From assembly GCA_963734545.1 (NCBI GenBank), contig CAVTHO010000007.1, forward strand, positions 832,001 to 896,000: DNA of 64,000 nt, given 5' to 3'. The stretch's first letter is position 1; every line of letters starts with the position of its first letter. Below are positions 1-10,396 of the stretch, in pieces. The stretch is from an uncultured Spirochaetota bacterium. Lineage in GTDB: Bacteria; Spirochaetota; Spirochaetia; SZUA-6; Fen-1364. The notes under the pieces were generated by a model. It saw only the letters and a program-made list of their open reading frames with translations. It ran no database searches and was not told where the DNA came from. Made by a program: the position numbers and the translations under genes.

Positions 1-1
1 C

Positions 2-724
2 TTCCGCGGCGCCTCGGAGGCCCTCGTGGAGAAGACGCATCGGGCAGAGGGTGTCCATGGCGCAAACGGCCTGGGCGGGGTCGAGCTGCCCCCGTCCCGC
101 ATTGTCGAGGACCCGGAGCGTGCGCCGGCGGGCATCTACCGCCTGGCCCGGCAGAATCCCGGCCTTACCCTGCTTACACTCGGGCCGCTCTCGAATATCG
201 CCATGGCGGTGAACCTGTATCCCGAGCTCAAGGACCTGGTGGGGGGAATCGTCGCAATGGGAGGAGCCATCGAGACGGGAAATGTCACCCGTTTCGCCGA
301 GTTCAACTTCTTCGCCGACCCGGAATCGGTGCAGTACGTCATCGATACCGGCATCCCGCTCACCATTGTGACGTGGGACGCGACGCTTTCCGTCATCCAC
401 ACCCGGGAGGACCTGGCCGGCATGGGCTTCCATACGAGCGCTTCCGGGAGGTTGTTCCTCGATCTGTGGAAAGTCCCCTTTGCCTACGTCTCGAAGGTTT
501 TCGGCGTCAGGGGCATCTTCATGCCCGATCCCCTGACCGCCGCGTATCTGGTGGATCCCGGCATCGCCCGGAAGGTCATCACGAGCGGCCTGCGCATGGA
601 GCTCAACCAGGGCACGCTGCGCGGCGCGAGTATCCGCTGGGAGGATCGGCGGGTCGCGATTGTGCTCGAATTTGACAAGTCGCGATTCGATGCGATACTC
701 TCCAGAATAATCGCTCTCAAGTGA
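2..724 (+). CDS. Nucleoside hydrolase (IU-NH family), 5'-truncated by window edge
   Basis: VHGANGLGG, LGPLSNIA, MGGA..GN...AEFNFFADPE and DPLTAAYLVDP motifs; frame is open back to the window start. Confidence 0.9.
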   Translation, partial: FRGASEALVEKTHRAEGVHGANGLGGVELPPSRIVEDPERAPAGIYRLARQNPGLTLLTLGPLSNIAMAVNLYPELKDLVGGIVAMGGAIETGNVTRFAEFNFFADPESVQYVIDTGIPLTIVTWDATLSVIHTREDLAGMGFHTSASGRLFLDLWKVPFAYVSKVFGVRGIFMPDPLTAAYLVDPGIARKVITSGLRMELNQGTLRGASIRWEDRRVAIVLEFDKSRFDAILSRIIALK

Positions 725-749
725 GAGAGCCTTAAACAGGAGGTCCCGG

Positions 750-1790
750 ATGCAGAAGAAATGGATTGTGCTGCTTATTGCACTGGTGCTCATTGTGAGC
801 GCCGCGTCGCTCTTTGCAGCCCCGAAGCTGAAGGTAGTCCTGTACGTGAACGGCACACTCGGGGACAAGTCATTCTTCGACTCGGCCAACAGCGGCGTGC
901 AGCGGGCGGTGAAGGAGCTGGGCGTCACAGCCAAGACCATCGAGGGCGGATACGACCCGGCCCGATGGGAGCCCGACATCGCCCAGCTTTCGGAGGGCGA
1001 CTGGGACATCATCATCGCCGGCACCTGGCAGCTGCAGGAGATCCTTGAAAAGCTGGCGCCGAAGAACCCGAATAAAAAGTACATCACGTACGACACCACC
1101 GTGACCTACAGCAAGGGCGGTCTCGACAACGTCTACTCCATCCTCTACAAGCAGAACGAGGGGTCTTTCCTGGTGGGCGCGCTTGCCGCCATCGTCACCA
1201 AGTCGAAGATGTCACTGGCCAACCCCCAGAAGGTGATCGGGTTCCTCGGCGGCATGGACATCCCCGTCATCAACGACTTCAAGGTGGGATACGAGCAGGG
1301 GGCCAAGTACATCGACAAGGACGTGAACGTGCTGGTCTCGTACGTCGGCAACTTCGCCGACTCGGCCAAGGGCAAGGAGCTGATGCTGGCGCAGTACGAC
1401 CAGGGCGCGGACATCGGCTTCAACGTGGCCGGCCAGGCGGGCCTCGGCCTTCTGGATGCGGCCAAGGACAAGAAGCGCTACGCCATCGGCGTCGATTCCG
1501 ACCAGTACCTCCTGCACAAGGACAGCGATCCCGAGAAGGCGTCTTACATCGCGACCTCGATGCTGAAGAACGTGGGCTGGTCGCTCTTCCGGGCAATCAA
1601 GGGCACCATGGACGGGACCATCAAGTACGGCGCGGCTGAAGCCCTGGGCATCAAGGAGGGCGGCGTCGGTGTAGCGGAAAACGAGAACTACACCAAGCTG
1701 GTGAGCCCTGCCGTGCGCAACCAGATCAAGGACCTCGAGAAGAAGATCCTCTCCGGCCAGATCAAGGTCGACACGGCCTTCGGCAAGTAG
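750..1790 (+). CDS. BMP/PnrA-family nucleoside ABC transporter substrate-binding protein
   Basis: Signal peptide, GDKSFFDSA, AIGVDSDQ, SMLKNV motifs; AGGAGG RBS. Confidence 0.92.
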   Translation: MQKKWIVLLIALVLIVSAASLFAAPKLKVVLYVNGTLGDKSFFDSANSGVQRAVKELGVTAKTIEGGYDPARWEPDIAQLSEGDWDIIIAGTWQLQEILEKLAPKNPNKKYITYDTTVTYSKGGLDNVYSILYKQNEGSFLVGALAAIVTKSKMSLANPQKVIGFLGGMDIPVINDFKVGYEQGAKYIDKDVNVLVSYVGNFADSAKGKELMLAQYDQGADIGFNVAGQAGLGLLDAAKDKKRYAIGVDSDQYLLHKDSDPEKASYIATSMLKNVGWSLFRAIKGTMDGTIKYGAAEALGIKEGGVGVAENENYTKLVSPAVRNQIKDLEKKILSGQIKVDTAFGK

Positions 1791-1799
1791 GACGAACAA

Positions 1800-1836
1800 G
1801 GGCGGCGCCCGGCAGCCGGGACCGCCCCCTTTTTTT
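1800..1836 (+). terminator. Intrinsic terminator / mRNA-stabilising hairpin after the binding-protein gene
   Basis: GGGCGG-cg-CCCGG-cag-CCGGG-a-CCGCCC stem followed by a T7 tract. Confidence 0.75.
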
Positions 1837-1870
1837 CCGCACGACTGCGGGCACGAAACGGACACCACTC

Positions 1871-3421
1871 ATGGAAACGATCCTTGAGGCGCGCGAACAT
1901 CCTCATGATCTACGAAGACGGCGTGGTGGCCAACCGCGATGTCGGCCTCGCCGTCGAGACGAACTCGATTCACGCCGTGGTCGGGGAGAACGGGGCCGGC
2001 AAGTCCACCCTGATGAAGATCCTCTTCGGCATCCGCCAGCCCCAGCAGGGGGAAATCCTCTACAAGGGCCGCAGGGTGCAGATCAGGAGCTCCCACGACG
2101 CCATCCGCCTGGGCATCGGCATGGTGCATCAGCACCTGATGCTGGCCCCGGACCTGACGGTGGCGGAAAACATGGTGCTGGGAATCGAGCCCGTGAGCGC
2201 GAGGGTGTTCCTGGATACCCGAAAGGCGCAGGCCATCACGGAGAGAGTGTCGAAGGAGTTCGGCATGGACGTCCCCGCCGACCGGAAGATCAAGGATCTG
2301 CCGATCGGCGTGCGCCAGCGCGTGGAAATCCTCAAGGCCCTGTACCGCAATGCGGAGCTGCTGATCCTCGACGAGCCGACGTCCGTGCTGACCCCGCAGG
2401 AGGCGGAAGGTCTGTTCAAAACCCTGCTCGACCTCAAGGCGCACGGCAAGACAATCATCTTCATCTCGCACAAGCTGAAGGAGGTCAAGCGGATCGCCGA
2501 CAGGGTCACGGTGATGCGCGATGCGCGGGTCATCACGACACGCGAGGCCGCCGGGATCAGCGAGCATGAAATCGCCTACCTGATGGTCGGCCGGGAGATC
2601 AGCTTCGAGCGCATTCCGGCGCCGCAGGCCATTGGACGGCCTCTCCTCAGCGCCCGCGGCCTCTCTTTCGTGAACGATGAGAATGTCCGTGTCCTGAAAA
2701 ACGTGTCTTTCGACGTGCGCGCCGGGGAGATCCTGGGGCTGGCCGGAGTCGAGGGGAACGGGCAGACCGAGCTCGTGCGCATCCTCACCGGACTCCTTCC
2801 CGCGTCGGCGGGGCAGGTCAGCATCCGGGGCGAGCCGGCGGCCGGTCTCTCTCCCCGCGGCCATCCGGGAGAAAGGCACCGCGCACATCCCCGAAGACCG
2901 GATGGAGGACGGGGCGGCCGGCGGAAGCGAGCCTGCAGGAAAACATCATCGTGGACCGCTACTACAAGAAGAGTTTCTCGCGGCGCTTTCGCCTGCTGTG
3001 GAAGTCGATCTCGCAGCACAGCCGGGAGCTGATCGGGCGCTTCAACATCCTCGCGCTTTCGCCCCGCGCGGCGGTGAACTCGCTTTCCGGCGGGAACATC
3101 CAGAAGGTGGTCGTGGCCCGGGAGCTCTCGAGCGATCCGGAGGTCGTCATCGCCTCGCAGCCCACCCGCGGCATCGACGTAGGCTCGGAGGAGATGGTGC
3201 ACAACCTGTTGAGGGAGGCACGCGACAACGGCAAGGCCGTATTCCTGACCTCCGCGGACCTGGACGAGATCCTGAAGCTCTCCAACCGAATCCTTGTCAT
3301 CTACAACGGGGAGCTGGTGGCGCACTTCGAGGACGTCACGGGCATCAGCGCGAAAGACCTGGGCCCGTACATGCTGGGCGTGCAGAGGGAGGAGGCCGTG
3401 AGTGGAGAAGTTCGTCCTTAG
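1871..3421 (+). CDS. Nucleoside ABC transporter ATP-binding protein (two NBDs; frameshifts near 1890, 2865, 2930, probably sequencing errors)
   Basis: GENGAGKST, LILDEPT, AHIPEDR, LSGGNIQKVVVARE, QPTRGIDVG distributed over consecutive frames. Confidence 0.88.
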
Positions 3422-4466
3422 ATACTTCAACCTGATCAGGACGATCATCGCCATTCTGATCGGGCTCGTGATCAGCGTGGTCCTGATCTACGTGGTGAGC
3501 AAGGACCCGGGCTTCTCGCTGAAGCAGTTCCTCCTGGGGCCGTTCCTCTCCCGGGGCCGCTTCTCCAACATGATCGAGACGACCTCGCCCATCCTTTTCT
3601 GCGGCCTCGCCATCGCCGTGGCCTTCCAGGCCCGGCAGTTCAACGTCGGCGCCGAAGGCTCGCTGTTCCTGGGGGCAGCCGTGGGCACCGCCTTCGCCGT
3701 TTCGACCCACCTGCCGATCTTTCTGCACATCCCTCTCGTGCTGCTGGTCGCCGCCGCGGTGGGAGCGGCGTGGAACTACATCCCCGGGCTCCTGAAGGCG
3801 AAGTGGAATGCGAGCGAGCTGGTCTCCTCCCTGATGATGAACTACGTGGCCTACTTCCTCGGCCTGTACCTGATCAATTTCCACTTCCGCGACAAGGCCG
3901 CCGGCTACCTCGTCTCCCTCCAGCTTCCCCAGACTGCCTGGCTCCAGCAGTTCGTCCCGAACACGCGCATGCACTGGGGGATCGTGCTCTCCCTGGTTTT
4001 TGCCGTGCTTGTCTACCTGTTTCTCTACCATTCGACAACGGGCTACGAAGTGCGCATGACCGGCTTCAACGAGAAGTTCGCCCGGTTCGGCGGCATCAAG
4101 GTGGCGCGGGTCGTGATCCTGAGCCAGGTCATCCTCGGGCTCATCGCCGGTATCGGCGGCATGACGGAGGTGATGGGGATCCATCACCGGTTCAACTGGC
4201 AATCGTCCCCCGGCTACGGCTGGGACGGGGTGATCGTGGCGATCATCGGCCGCAATCACCCCCTCCTCATCATCGCGGCGTCCTTCTTCCTCTCCTACAT
4301 GCGGGTGGGAGGGCAGGTGCTGACGCTGATGAGCGACGTCCCCGCCGAGATGGTCACCGTGATACAGTCCGTCATCATCCTCCTGATCACGGCCGAAGCG
4401 TTCCTCAGCCGATGGCGCTACGGCATCACGGTGCGCGAGGCGGCGCACAAGGAGGCCGCCCGATGA
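3402..4466 (+). CDS. Nucleoside ABC transporter permease 1
   Basis: Multi-TM protein, FNVGAEG, GYGWDGVIVAIIGRNHP motifs. Confidence 0.9.
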   Translation: MEKFVLRYFNLIRTIIAILIGLVISVVLIYVVSKDPGFSLKQFLLGPFLSRGRFSNMIETTSPILFCGLAIAVAFQARQFNVGAEGSLFLGAAVGTAFAVSTHLPIFLHIPLVLLVAAAVGAAWNYIPGLLKAKWNASELVSSLMMNYVAYFLGLYLINFHFRDKAAGYLVSLQLPQTAWLQQFVPNTRMHWGIVLSLVFAVLVYLFLYHSTTGYEVRMTGFNEKFARFGGIKVARVVILSQVILGLIAGIGGMTEVMGIHHRFNWQSSPGYGWDGVIVAIIGRNHPLLIIAASFFLSYMRVGGQVLTLMSDVPAEMVTVIQSVIILLITAEAFLSRWRYGITVREAAHKEAAR

Positions 4467-5410
4467 ACCCGCTGCTGAAATCCATCCTTTCACCCGAGTT
4501 CGGCTTCGCGATCCTGCGCGTCATGACGCCTCTCCTGTACCCGGCCCTCGGTGTCGCCATCTCGTCACTCTCCGGTGCGATCAACATCGCGCTGGAAGGG
4601 ATCATGATCGTGGCCGCATGCGCGGGGGTGCTCGTCAGCGCCTTCACGCACAGCCTGATCCTGTCCCTGGCCGCCGGTCTTGCAGCGGGCATCGCGCTCG
4701 CCGCCCTGCTGGGCTATTTCCACCTGAAGCTGAAAGCGGACATCATCCTGGCAGCCATCGCGCTGAACATGTTCGCCGCCGGCATTTCCATCGTCTTCCT
4801 GTTCCTCTTCACGGGAGACAAGGGCAGTACCAGCTCGCTGAAGAGCCAGCTTTTCCCGGCCGTGCAGATACCGCTCCTGAACGGCATCCCGGTGCTCGGT
4901 CCCATTCTCAGCGGCCACAACATTCTGACGTATGGAGCCATCGCCTCCGTCGTCCTGTACTGGTTGATCACGTTCAAGACGCCGCTGGGCCTGCGCATCC
5001 GGGCCGTGGGACAGAATCCTGACGCGGCCCAGTCGGTGGGGATCGACGTCAACCGCACCCGCATGTACGCGCTGCTCCTGTCGGGCTTCTTCGGCGCCCT
5101 GGGCGGGCTGTACCTGTGCATGGGGTACGTGTCCTGGTTCGCCCGGGATATCACGGCCGGCCGCGGGTTTATCGCCATCGCAGCCGCGACCCTCGGCGGC
5201 AACCTGCCGCTGGGGACCTTCCTCTCCTCTCTCCTCTTCGGAGCGGTCAATGCGCTGGCCAACTATCTGGCTCCCCTGAAGGTCCCTTCCGAGTTCATCC
5301 AGATGATCCCCTACCTCGCCACGGCGGTTGCACTTGCGATCTATGCTGCCCAGGCAATGCGGAAGCGCAGGGGAACAATCAGGGAGCGCGGGCGGGGAGG
5401 AGCGTCATGA
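4463..5410 (+). CDS. Nucleoside ABC transporter permease 2
   Basis: ATGA overlap at 4463; INIALEG, GLRIRAVGQNP, AGRGFIAIAA motifs. Confidence 0.9.
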   Translation: MNPLLKSILSPEFGFAILRVMTPLLYPALGVAISSLSGAINIALEGIMIVAACAGVLVSAFTHSLILSLAAGLAAGIALAALLGYFHLKLKADIILAAIALNMFAAGISIVFLFLFTGDKGSTSSLKSQLFPAVQIPLLNGIPVLGPILSGHNILTYGAIASVVLYWLITFKTPLGLRIRAVGQNPDAAQSVGIDVNRTRMYALLLSGFFGALGGLYLCMGYVSWFARDITAGRGFIAIAAATLGGNLPLGTFLSSLLFGAVNALANYLAPLKVPSEFIQMIPYLATAVALAIYAAQAMRKRRGTIRERGRGGAS

Positions 5411-6348
5411 AGCGGATCCTGATCGACTGTGATCCCGGCCACGACGACATGATGGCCATCATGCTCGCATGCGCCTCGGCCGAGCTCGAGCTGACCGGGG
5501 TGACCACGGTCGCGGGAAACCAGACCGGCGAGAAGACCTACAAAAACGCGCTGCGTACCCTGACCTTGATCGGCCGCAGGGACGTCCCGGTGGCCAGGGG
5601 GGCGGACAAGCCCCTCCTCCGAGCGCCCACCGTGGCGCCGGAGATCCACGGAGTTTCCGGATTGGACGGCGCCGATCTGCCGGAGCCCGGTTTCCAGGGC
5701 GTTGCGGAAAGCGCAGCGACCTTCATTATCCGCACCGTCATGGGCTCGCGCGATCCGCTCACCCTCGTGCCCACGGGGCCGCTCACCAATGTGGCGCTCG
5801 CCCTTCTCGAGGAGCCGAGGCTGGCCGGGAAGCTCGAACGCATCGTGCTCATGGGAGGGGCTGTCGCCGACTCCAACATCAGCCCGGCCGCCGAATTCAA
5901 CATTTACGTCGATCCCGAGGCCGCGAAAATCGTCTTCGGCTCCGGGATTCCTCTCGTCATGGTCGGCCTCGACGTGACGAACAAGGCCCTGCTGAGCTTC
6001 GCCGACATCGACGAGATGGCCTCGTGGAAGGGACGGGTGTCCCGCGTGGTTGCCCCCCTGCTGCGATTCTTCGCCCAGGCCAACCGCGACATCTTCGGAT
6101 TCGCCGGCGCTCCCCTGCACGACGCGCTCGCCGTCGCGCACCTCCTGCGTCCCGAAGTGATCAGGACCCGCAGGATGAACGTCGAGATCGAAACGACCGG
6201 TGAGCTCACGCGCGGGCGCACCGTGGCGGACGTCTATGGCATCAGCGGCCGCGCTCCCAACGCGGAAGTAGCGCTGGAAGTGAACCTGCCGCTGTTCAAG
6301 GAGATGCTCTTCGCGGCCATCCGCAAGCTGGACGCCGCCTCCTCATGA
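5407..6348 (+). CDS. Nucleoside hydrolase (RihA/RihC-like)
   Basis: DCDPGHDD N-terminal motif, EIHGVSGLDG, AEFNIYVDPEAA, PLHDALAVA. Confidence 0.93.
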   Translation: MKRILIDCDPGHDDMMAIMLACASAELELTGVTTVAGNQTGEKTYKNALRTLTLIGRRDVPVARGADKPLLRAPTVAPEIHGVSGLDGADLPEPGFQGVAESAATFIIRTVMGSRDPLTLVPTGPLTNVALALLEEPRLAGKLERIVLMGGAVADSNISPAAEFNIYVDPEAAKIVFGSGIPLVMVGLDVTNKALLSFADIDEMASWKGRVSRVVAPLLRFFAQANRDIFGFAGAPLHDALAVAHLLRPEVIRTRRMNVEIETTGELTRGRTVADVYGISGRAPNAEVALEVNLPLFKEMLFAAIRKLDAASS

Positions 6349-7649
6349 TCATCCGCAATACGACAATCCTCGATTTCCTGACCCTGTCCCGAAGGGCCGG
6401 CGTGGATGTGCTCGTGCGGGAAAACAGGATCCGGCGCATCGCACCGGGCCTCGCCGACACAGCCGACGCAGCCGGGGAATCGATCGACGGCACCGGAATG
6501 TACCTCATCCCCGGCCTCGTCAATACGCACTGCCACGCTGCCATGACGCTGCTGCGAGGGGCTGCGGAAGACTGCCTCGTCGAGGACTGGTTCAACACGC
6601 ATGTCTGGATGTACGAACGCCGTCTCTCGCCCGAGGATGTCTATTGGGGAACTCTGCTCGCCGCGGCTGAAATGCTCCTCTCCGGCGTGACCTGCGTGGC
6701 CGATCACTACTTCCACATGGACCAGGCGTTTCGCGCATGCGAGGAGAGCGGAATCCGCGCCGATCTGGCCTGGGCCGTATTCGGCACCGGGGACGGATGG
6801 GAGAGACAGTTCGCGGAGGCGATGGATTTTACGACCGGACACCGCGGCAGGAATCCGCGGATTGCCGTGTCACTGGGACCGCACTCGCCCTACATCTGCC
6901 CGGAGAGCTTCCTGCGCTCCGTGGCCGACAAGGCGGAGGAGCTTGGTCTGAAAATGCACATACACGTCTCAGAGGAAAAAGGCCAGGTGGAGCGCAGCAT
7001 CGCTGAAAGGGGCAGAACCCCTGTCCAGGTGCTCGCCGACTCGGGGGTCCTGCGCCCCGGTACCATTCTTGCCCACGCCTACCATGCCACGGATGCGGAC
7101 CTCGCCCTGATCCGTGACAAAGGCGCGGGAATCGCCCACTGCGCAAAGACCTACATGAAGTTCGGCGACGTGCGGGACTTCCTGCCCCGCGCTCTCGCCG
7201 CGGGTGTGCGCGTGGGCCTCGGCACGGACGGCCCGGCGTCCAACAACACGCTCGGGATCTTCGAGACGGCTCGGCACGCGGCCCTCCTGGCAAAGTCCGC
7301 GGCGCACGACGCCCGCGCCGCCCGGATAGGCGAGATTCTGCCGCTGTGTCATGCCGGCGGGGAGGTGCTCGGTCTGACCGGGTACGGCAGGCTGGAGGAA
7401 GGGAGCCTGGCTGACCTCGTGCTCCTCGATCCCCGCACGCCCTCCATGATCCCGGAGCACGACGTATTCGCGAACATCCTGTATTCCCTGGGAGAGAGAA
7501 ACGTTCACACGGTCATCGTTGACGGGAAAACGCTCGTGCGGGAAGGCCGGCTGCTCCATTTCGACATGGAAGAGCTCCGCCGAAGGAGCGCCGCGATCAC
7601 CTCGAGACTCGTCGCAGGAGCGCCCGGCCAGCCTCTGCAGCGCTACTAG
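6345..7649 (+). CDS. Metal-dependent amidohydrolase, MTA/SAH-deaminase-like
   Basis: PGLVNTHCH, HIHVSE, GLGTDGPASNN, GSLADLVL; ATGA-coupled to the hydrolase. Confidence 0.85.
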   Translation: MIIRNTTILDFLTLSRRAGVDVLVRENRIRRIAPGLADTADAAGESIDGTGMYLIPGLVNTHCHAAMTLLRGAAEDCLVEDWFNTHVWMYERRLSPEDVYWGTLLAAAEMLLSGVTCVADHYFHMDQAFRACEESGIRADLAWAVFGTGDGWERQFAEAMDFTTGHRGRNPRIAVSLGPHSPYICPESFLRSVADKAEELGLKMHIHVSEEKGQVERSIAERGRTPVQVLADSGVLRPGTILAHAYHATDADLALIRDKGAGIAHCAKTYMKFGDVRDFLPRALAAGVRVGLGTDGPASNNTLGIFETARHAALLAKSAAHDARAARIGEILPLCHAGGEVLGLTGYGRLEEGSLADLVLLDPRTPSMIPEHDVFANILYSLGERNVHTVIVDGKTLVREGRLLHFDMEELRRRSAAITSRLVAGAPGQPLQRY

Positions 7650-7662
7650 GCTTCGTGCTCCC

Positions 7663-9003
7663 TCACGTGGCCAGCCGCCAGGCTGCCTCGAGAAGCCCCT
7701 CTGACAGCGTGGGATGGATGAAGAGCGACTCGAGCAGATCGTCCACGGTCGCGCCCCTGTCGAGGAGCGGTCCGAATGGGGCTGCCAGCTCGGACGCGCC
7801 TTGCCCGCATACCCACAATCCGAGCAGCTTTCGGTCCTCTGCTGCCAGAACGGTCACGAATCCCTCGTGAAGATTCCTTGAAATTCCCCGCCACGTGTCT
7901 GCCAGCGCGAAGGTGGACCGGGTGTAGGCAATACCCTGCTGATCGAGATCCCGCGCCTGTGACCCTGCCCCCGCGATCTCGGGAATCGTGAAGAGGGCGC
8001 GGGGGAGCGATGGCCACGCTGCCGGCCCCGGCTGCCCGCCGCGGATATTGCGGGCGAGCAGGATCCCCTGCTGGATCGCGGCATGCGCCATCCCGCACAG
8101 CCCGTTGATGTCGCCGATGGCGTATACGTGACGGACGGAGGTGCGGAAGCCGCCGTCGACGCCGATCCTGTCCTCGGTGTGCCCGATCCCCGCGCCCGCC
8201 AGACCGGCCGGGAAGTTCGGCCGGCGCACACCTGTCACAAGGACCTTCCTGGCGCGCGTCGTGCTTCCGTCGGCAAGCAGCACCGCCGCGCCCCGGCGCT
8301 CCGAGCGGACGCCCACGACCTCGGCGGAAAGCCGCATCCGGGTGCCGAGCGCGCGCAGGCGCGCCTCGACGGGCTTCACGAGTTCCCGATCCATCCCCGG
8401 CAGAATCTCACCCTTCATCTCGATCAGCTCGACCGTTGTGCCGAGATGGGCGAGCAGGCAGGCGAGCTCGATGCCTTCCACATCCGCTCCGATGATCGCC
8501 GCCGTAGGGGGCGCCCCGCGCCAGGCCACGAGGTCAGCATGGCTGGCCACGGCATGACCGTTCAGCGTCACGCCGGCCGGCGCCCACGGCCTGGTCCCTG
8601 TCGCGATGACGATGCTTTCAGCCGAGTACGCGGCGCCGCCGGCGAGGATCGTGTGCGCATCGGCGAACTCGCCTTCCCCATGTATCAGCTCCACGCCATG
8701 TCTCTCGAGCTCCCGGGCCAGCCGCGTTTCCACTCCGATCATCGCCGCCGACGTTCGCGCGAAGAGGCGTTTCCCGAACGCGCGCGATACCGCGGACGGC
8801 CGTGCGGCGCCGACCGGGTTTGTTCCCTGCCGAGATCGCAGCTCGTCGAGCATCATCTTCACCGGGAGGCATCCCCAACGGAAACCCGTGCCTCCCAGCT
8901 CCCCTTTCTCGACGACTGCGGTGCGAAAGCCCGCGCGTGCGCACCCGAGGGCAGCGTAGTATCCGGCAGGTCCACAGCCGAGGATCAGAACATCGTAGCT
9001 CAT
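7663..9003 (-). CDS. Dihydrolipoamide dehydrogenase-like flavoprotein (only one active-site Cys)
   Basis: GCGPAG FAD motif, GGTGFRWGCLPVK, YAIGDING, HPTLSE; ATG at 9003 with GGAG RBS. Confidence 0.85.
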   Translation of the reverse strand: MSYDVLILGCGPAGYYAALGCARAGFRTAVVEKGELGGTGFRWGCLPVKMMLDELRSRQGTNPVGAARPSAVSRAFGKRLFARTSAAMIGVETRLARELERHGVELIHGEGEFADAHTILAGGAAYSAESIVIATGTRPWAPAGVTLNGHAVASHADLVAWRGAPPTAAIIGADVEGIELACLLAHLGTTVELIEMKGEILPGMDRELVKPVEARLRALGTRMRLSAEVVGVRSERRGAAVLLADGSTTRARKVLVTGVRRPNFPAGLAGAGIGHTEDRIGVDGGFRTSVRHVYAIGDINGLCGMAHAAIQQGILLARNIRGGQPGPAAWPSLPRALFTIPEIAGAGSQARDLDQQGIAYTRSTFALADTWRGISRNLHEGFVTVLAAEDRKLLGLWVCGQGASELAAPFGPLLDRGATVDDLLESLFIHPTLSEGLLEAAWRLAT

Positions 9004-9126
9004 TGTTCGGTCGTCTCCGCCCGAATTGTAGAGTCTGTGGAACGGCACTGCAACCGCACGCGACATGGCCGGCATATGCAATAATCCGGGTCGTCCTTCG
9101 TCGTCATGGACACGGAGGAAGTAGAA

Positions 9127-9828
9127 ATGAAGGTAGTTGGTGTCATTGCAAGCCCACACGCCGAAGGCAGCGGGGCCGGCCTGGTCAGAAGCGCGCTCGC
9201 GGGGGCGCGCGAAGCAGGTGCCACAGTCAGCGAGTTGTTCCTTTCTGATTACCGCATGGAGTTCTGCCGCGACTGCCGCGCATGCATGAAGTCGGGGCGC
9301 TGCTGCATCGAGGATGATTTCCACAAGGTGCGAGAGCGTCTCATTGATGCGGATGGCATCATCCTCAGCTCACCCACGTACGGGGCCGCCATGAACGCCA
9401 GGATCAAGAACCTCTTTGATCGGCTCGGACAGTATGCCTACCTGACATCGTCCCTCGGAGGGAAGTACGTTGTCGGAATCGCCACTGCCGGCAGCTTCGG
9501 CGCAAAGAAGGTTGCCCGCCAGCTTGCGGCGTGCGTGCAGAAAAGCGTGTTCCGTCGCGGCTATGTCTCAGGAATACTGGGTGTTCATCTTCGCGGGAAA
9601 CATGTCTCGTCCCTCCCGGGGGCGTTGCAGGCTGCATCCACCCTGGGGCGCAGGATTGTGGCCGATTTTCGGGCAAAGCGGACGTTCCCCTTTCAGGACC
9701 TTCTGGGAAGGCTTCCCAATGCGCTGATAATGCGGCCAATGATCCGGAAAGGAATCGAGCAGAACAAGGGCGCCATGAGCGGTGTCCACCAGGAGCTCGT
9801 GCGTCTGGGGATCCTCTCCGGCGCCTGA
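9127..9828 (+). CDS. Flavodoxin-family / iron-sulfur flavoprotein
   Basis: ASPH..GS, CRDCRAC..SGRC Cys cluster, ADGIILSSPTY, KNLFDR. Confidence 0.85.
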   Translation: MKVVGVIASPHAEGSGAGLVRSALAGAREAGATVSELFLSDYRMEFCRDCRACMKSGRCCIEDDFHKVRERLIDADGIILSSPTYGAAMNARIKNLFDRLGQYAYLTSSLGGKYVVGIATAGSFGAKKVARQLAACVQKSVFRRGYVSGILGVHLRGKHVSSLPGALQAASTLGRRIVADFRAKRTFPFQDLLGRLPNALIMRPMIRKGIEQNKGAMSGVHQELVRLGILSGA

Positions 9829-9958
9829 AAAGACAGCGTGGTACCGGCCTGCCTGTCAATGGTGCGCGCTTTGCTGTACTCTGCAGGGGCGAGTCCTTGG
9901 CGCGTCAGCGGATCCCTCATATATCGTGCACATGCCAATATGTTCGCAGGAGGTTGGA

Positions 9959-10372
9959 GTGAAGCGACGATTGTTTACCGATGTCAGTATTGTGCCGACA
10001 GAAGGTCGGCTTCGAGCGCAATTGGGCACGGCAATGAGCTACTATCATGGCATCATGCTCGAGTCGGGCGATTATCGAAAACTGTGGCAATACAGCCACA
10101 GCAACGGTTGGATCCTCAAGGTTGATGACATGCGCAAAGCTCTATTCTACCTGGCGCCATTTGATGAGGGAATTGAAATCAGTCTGACGGTTCGGGACAG
10201 CGAGAGGACGAACTTCCTGAAAAGCAAAGAGCTTGAGAAGCTTCACCCTCAATTCGAGGCTGCGACGAAATACTCGGGAGGATATGCTCTTCGATTCGGA
10301 ATCGAAAGCTCCGAGGAGTGCAAATCAGTAACGCGCTTTCTTTCAAGGCTGATGAAGCTGAGGTCGACTTGA
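9959..10372 (+). CDS. DUF3788-like protein
   Basis: GTG start after AGGAGG; PT...L...LG and W.YS..NGWILKV...KALFYL.P pattern. Confidence 0.6.
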   Translation: MKRRLFTDVSIVPTEGRLRAQLGTAMSYYHGIMLESGDYRKLWQYSHSNGWILKVDDMRKALFYLAPFDEGIEISLTVRDSERTNFLKSKELEKLHPQFEAATKYSGGYALRFGIESSEECKSVTRFLSRLMKLRST

Positions 10373-10396
10373 CCGCGCGACTTCGTGGGATCACCG

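Noticed and set aside
7663-9324. 553-aa version of the flavoprotein, and similar long N-terminal extensions of truA, yicC, rbsC and the sensor kinase
   Set aside because: The extensions overlap neighbouring genes; RBS and family motifs support the shorter starts
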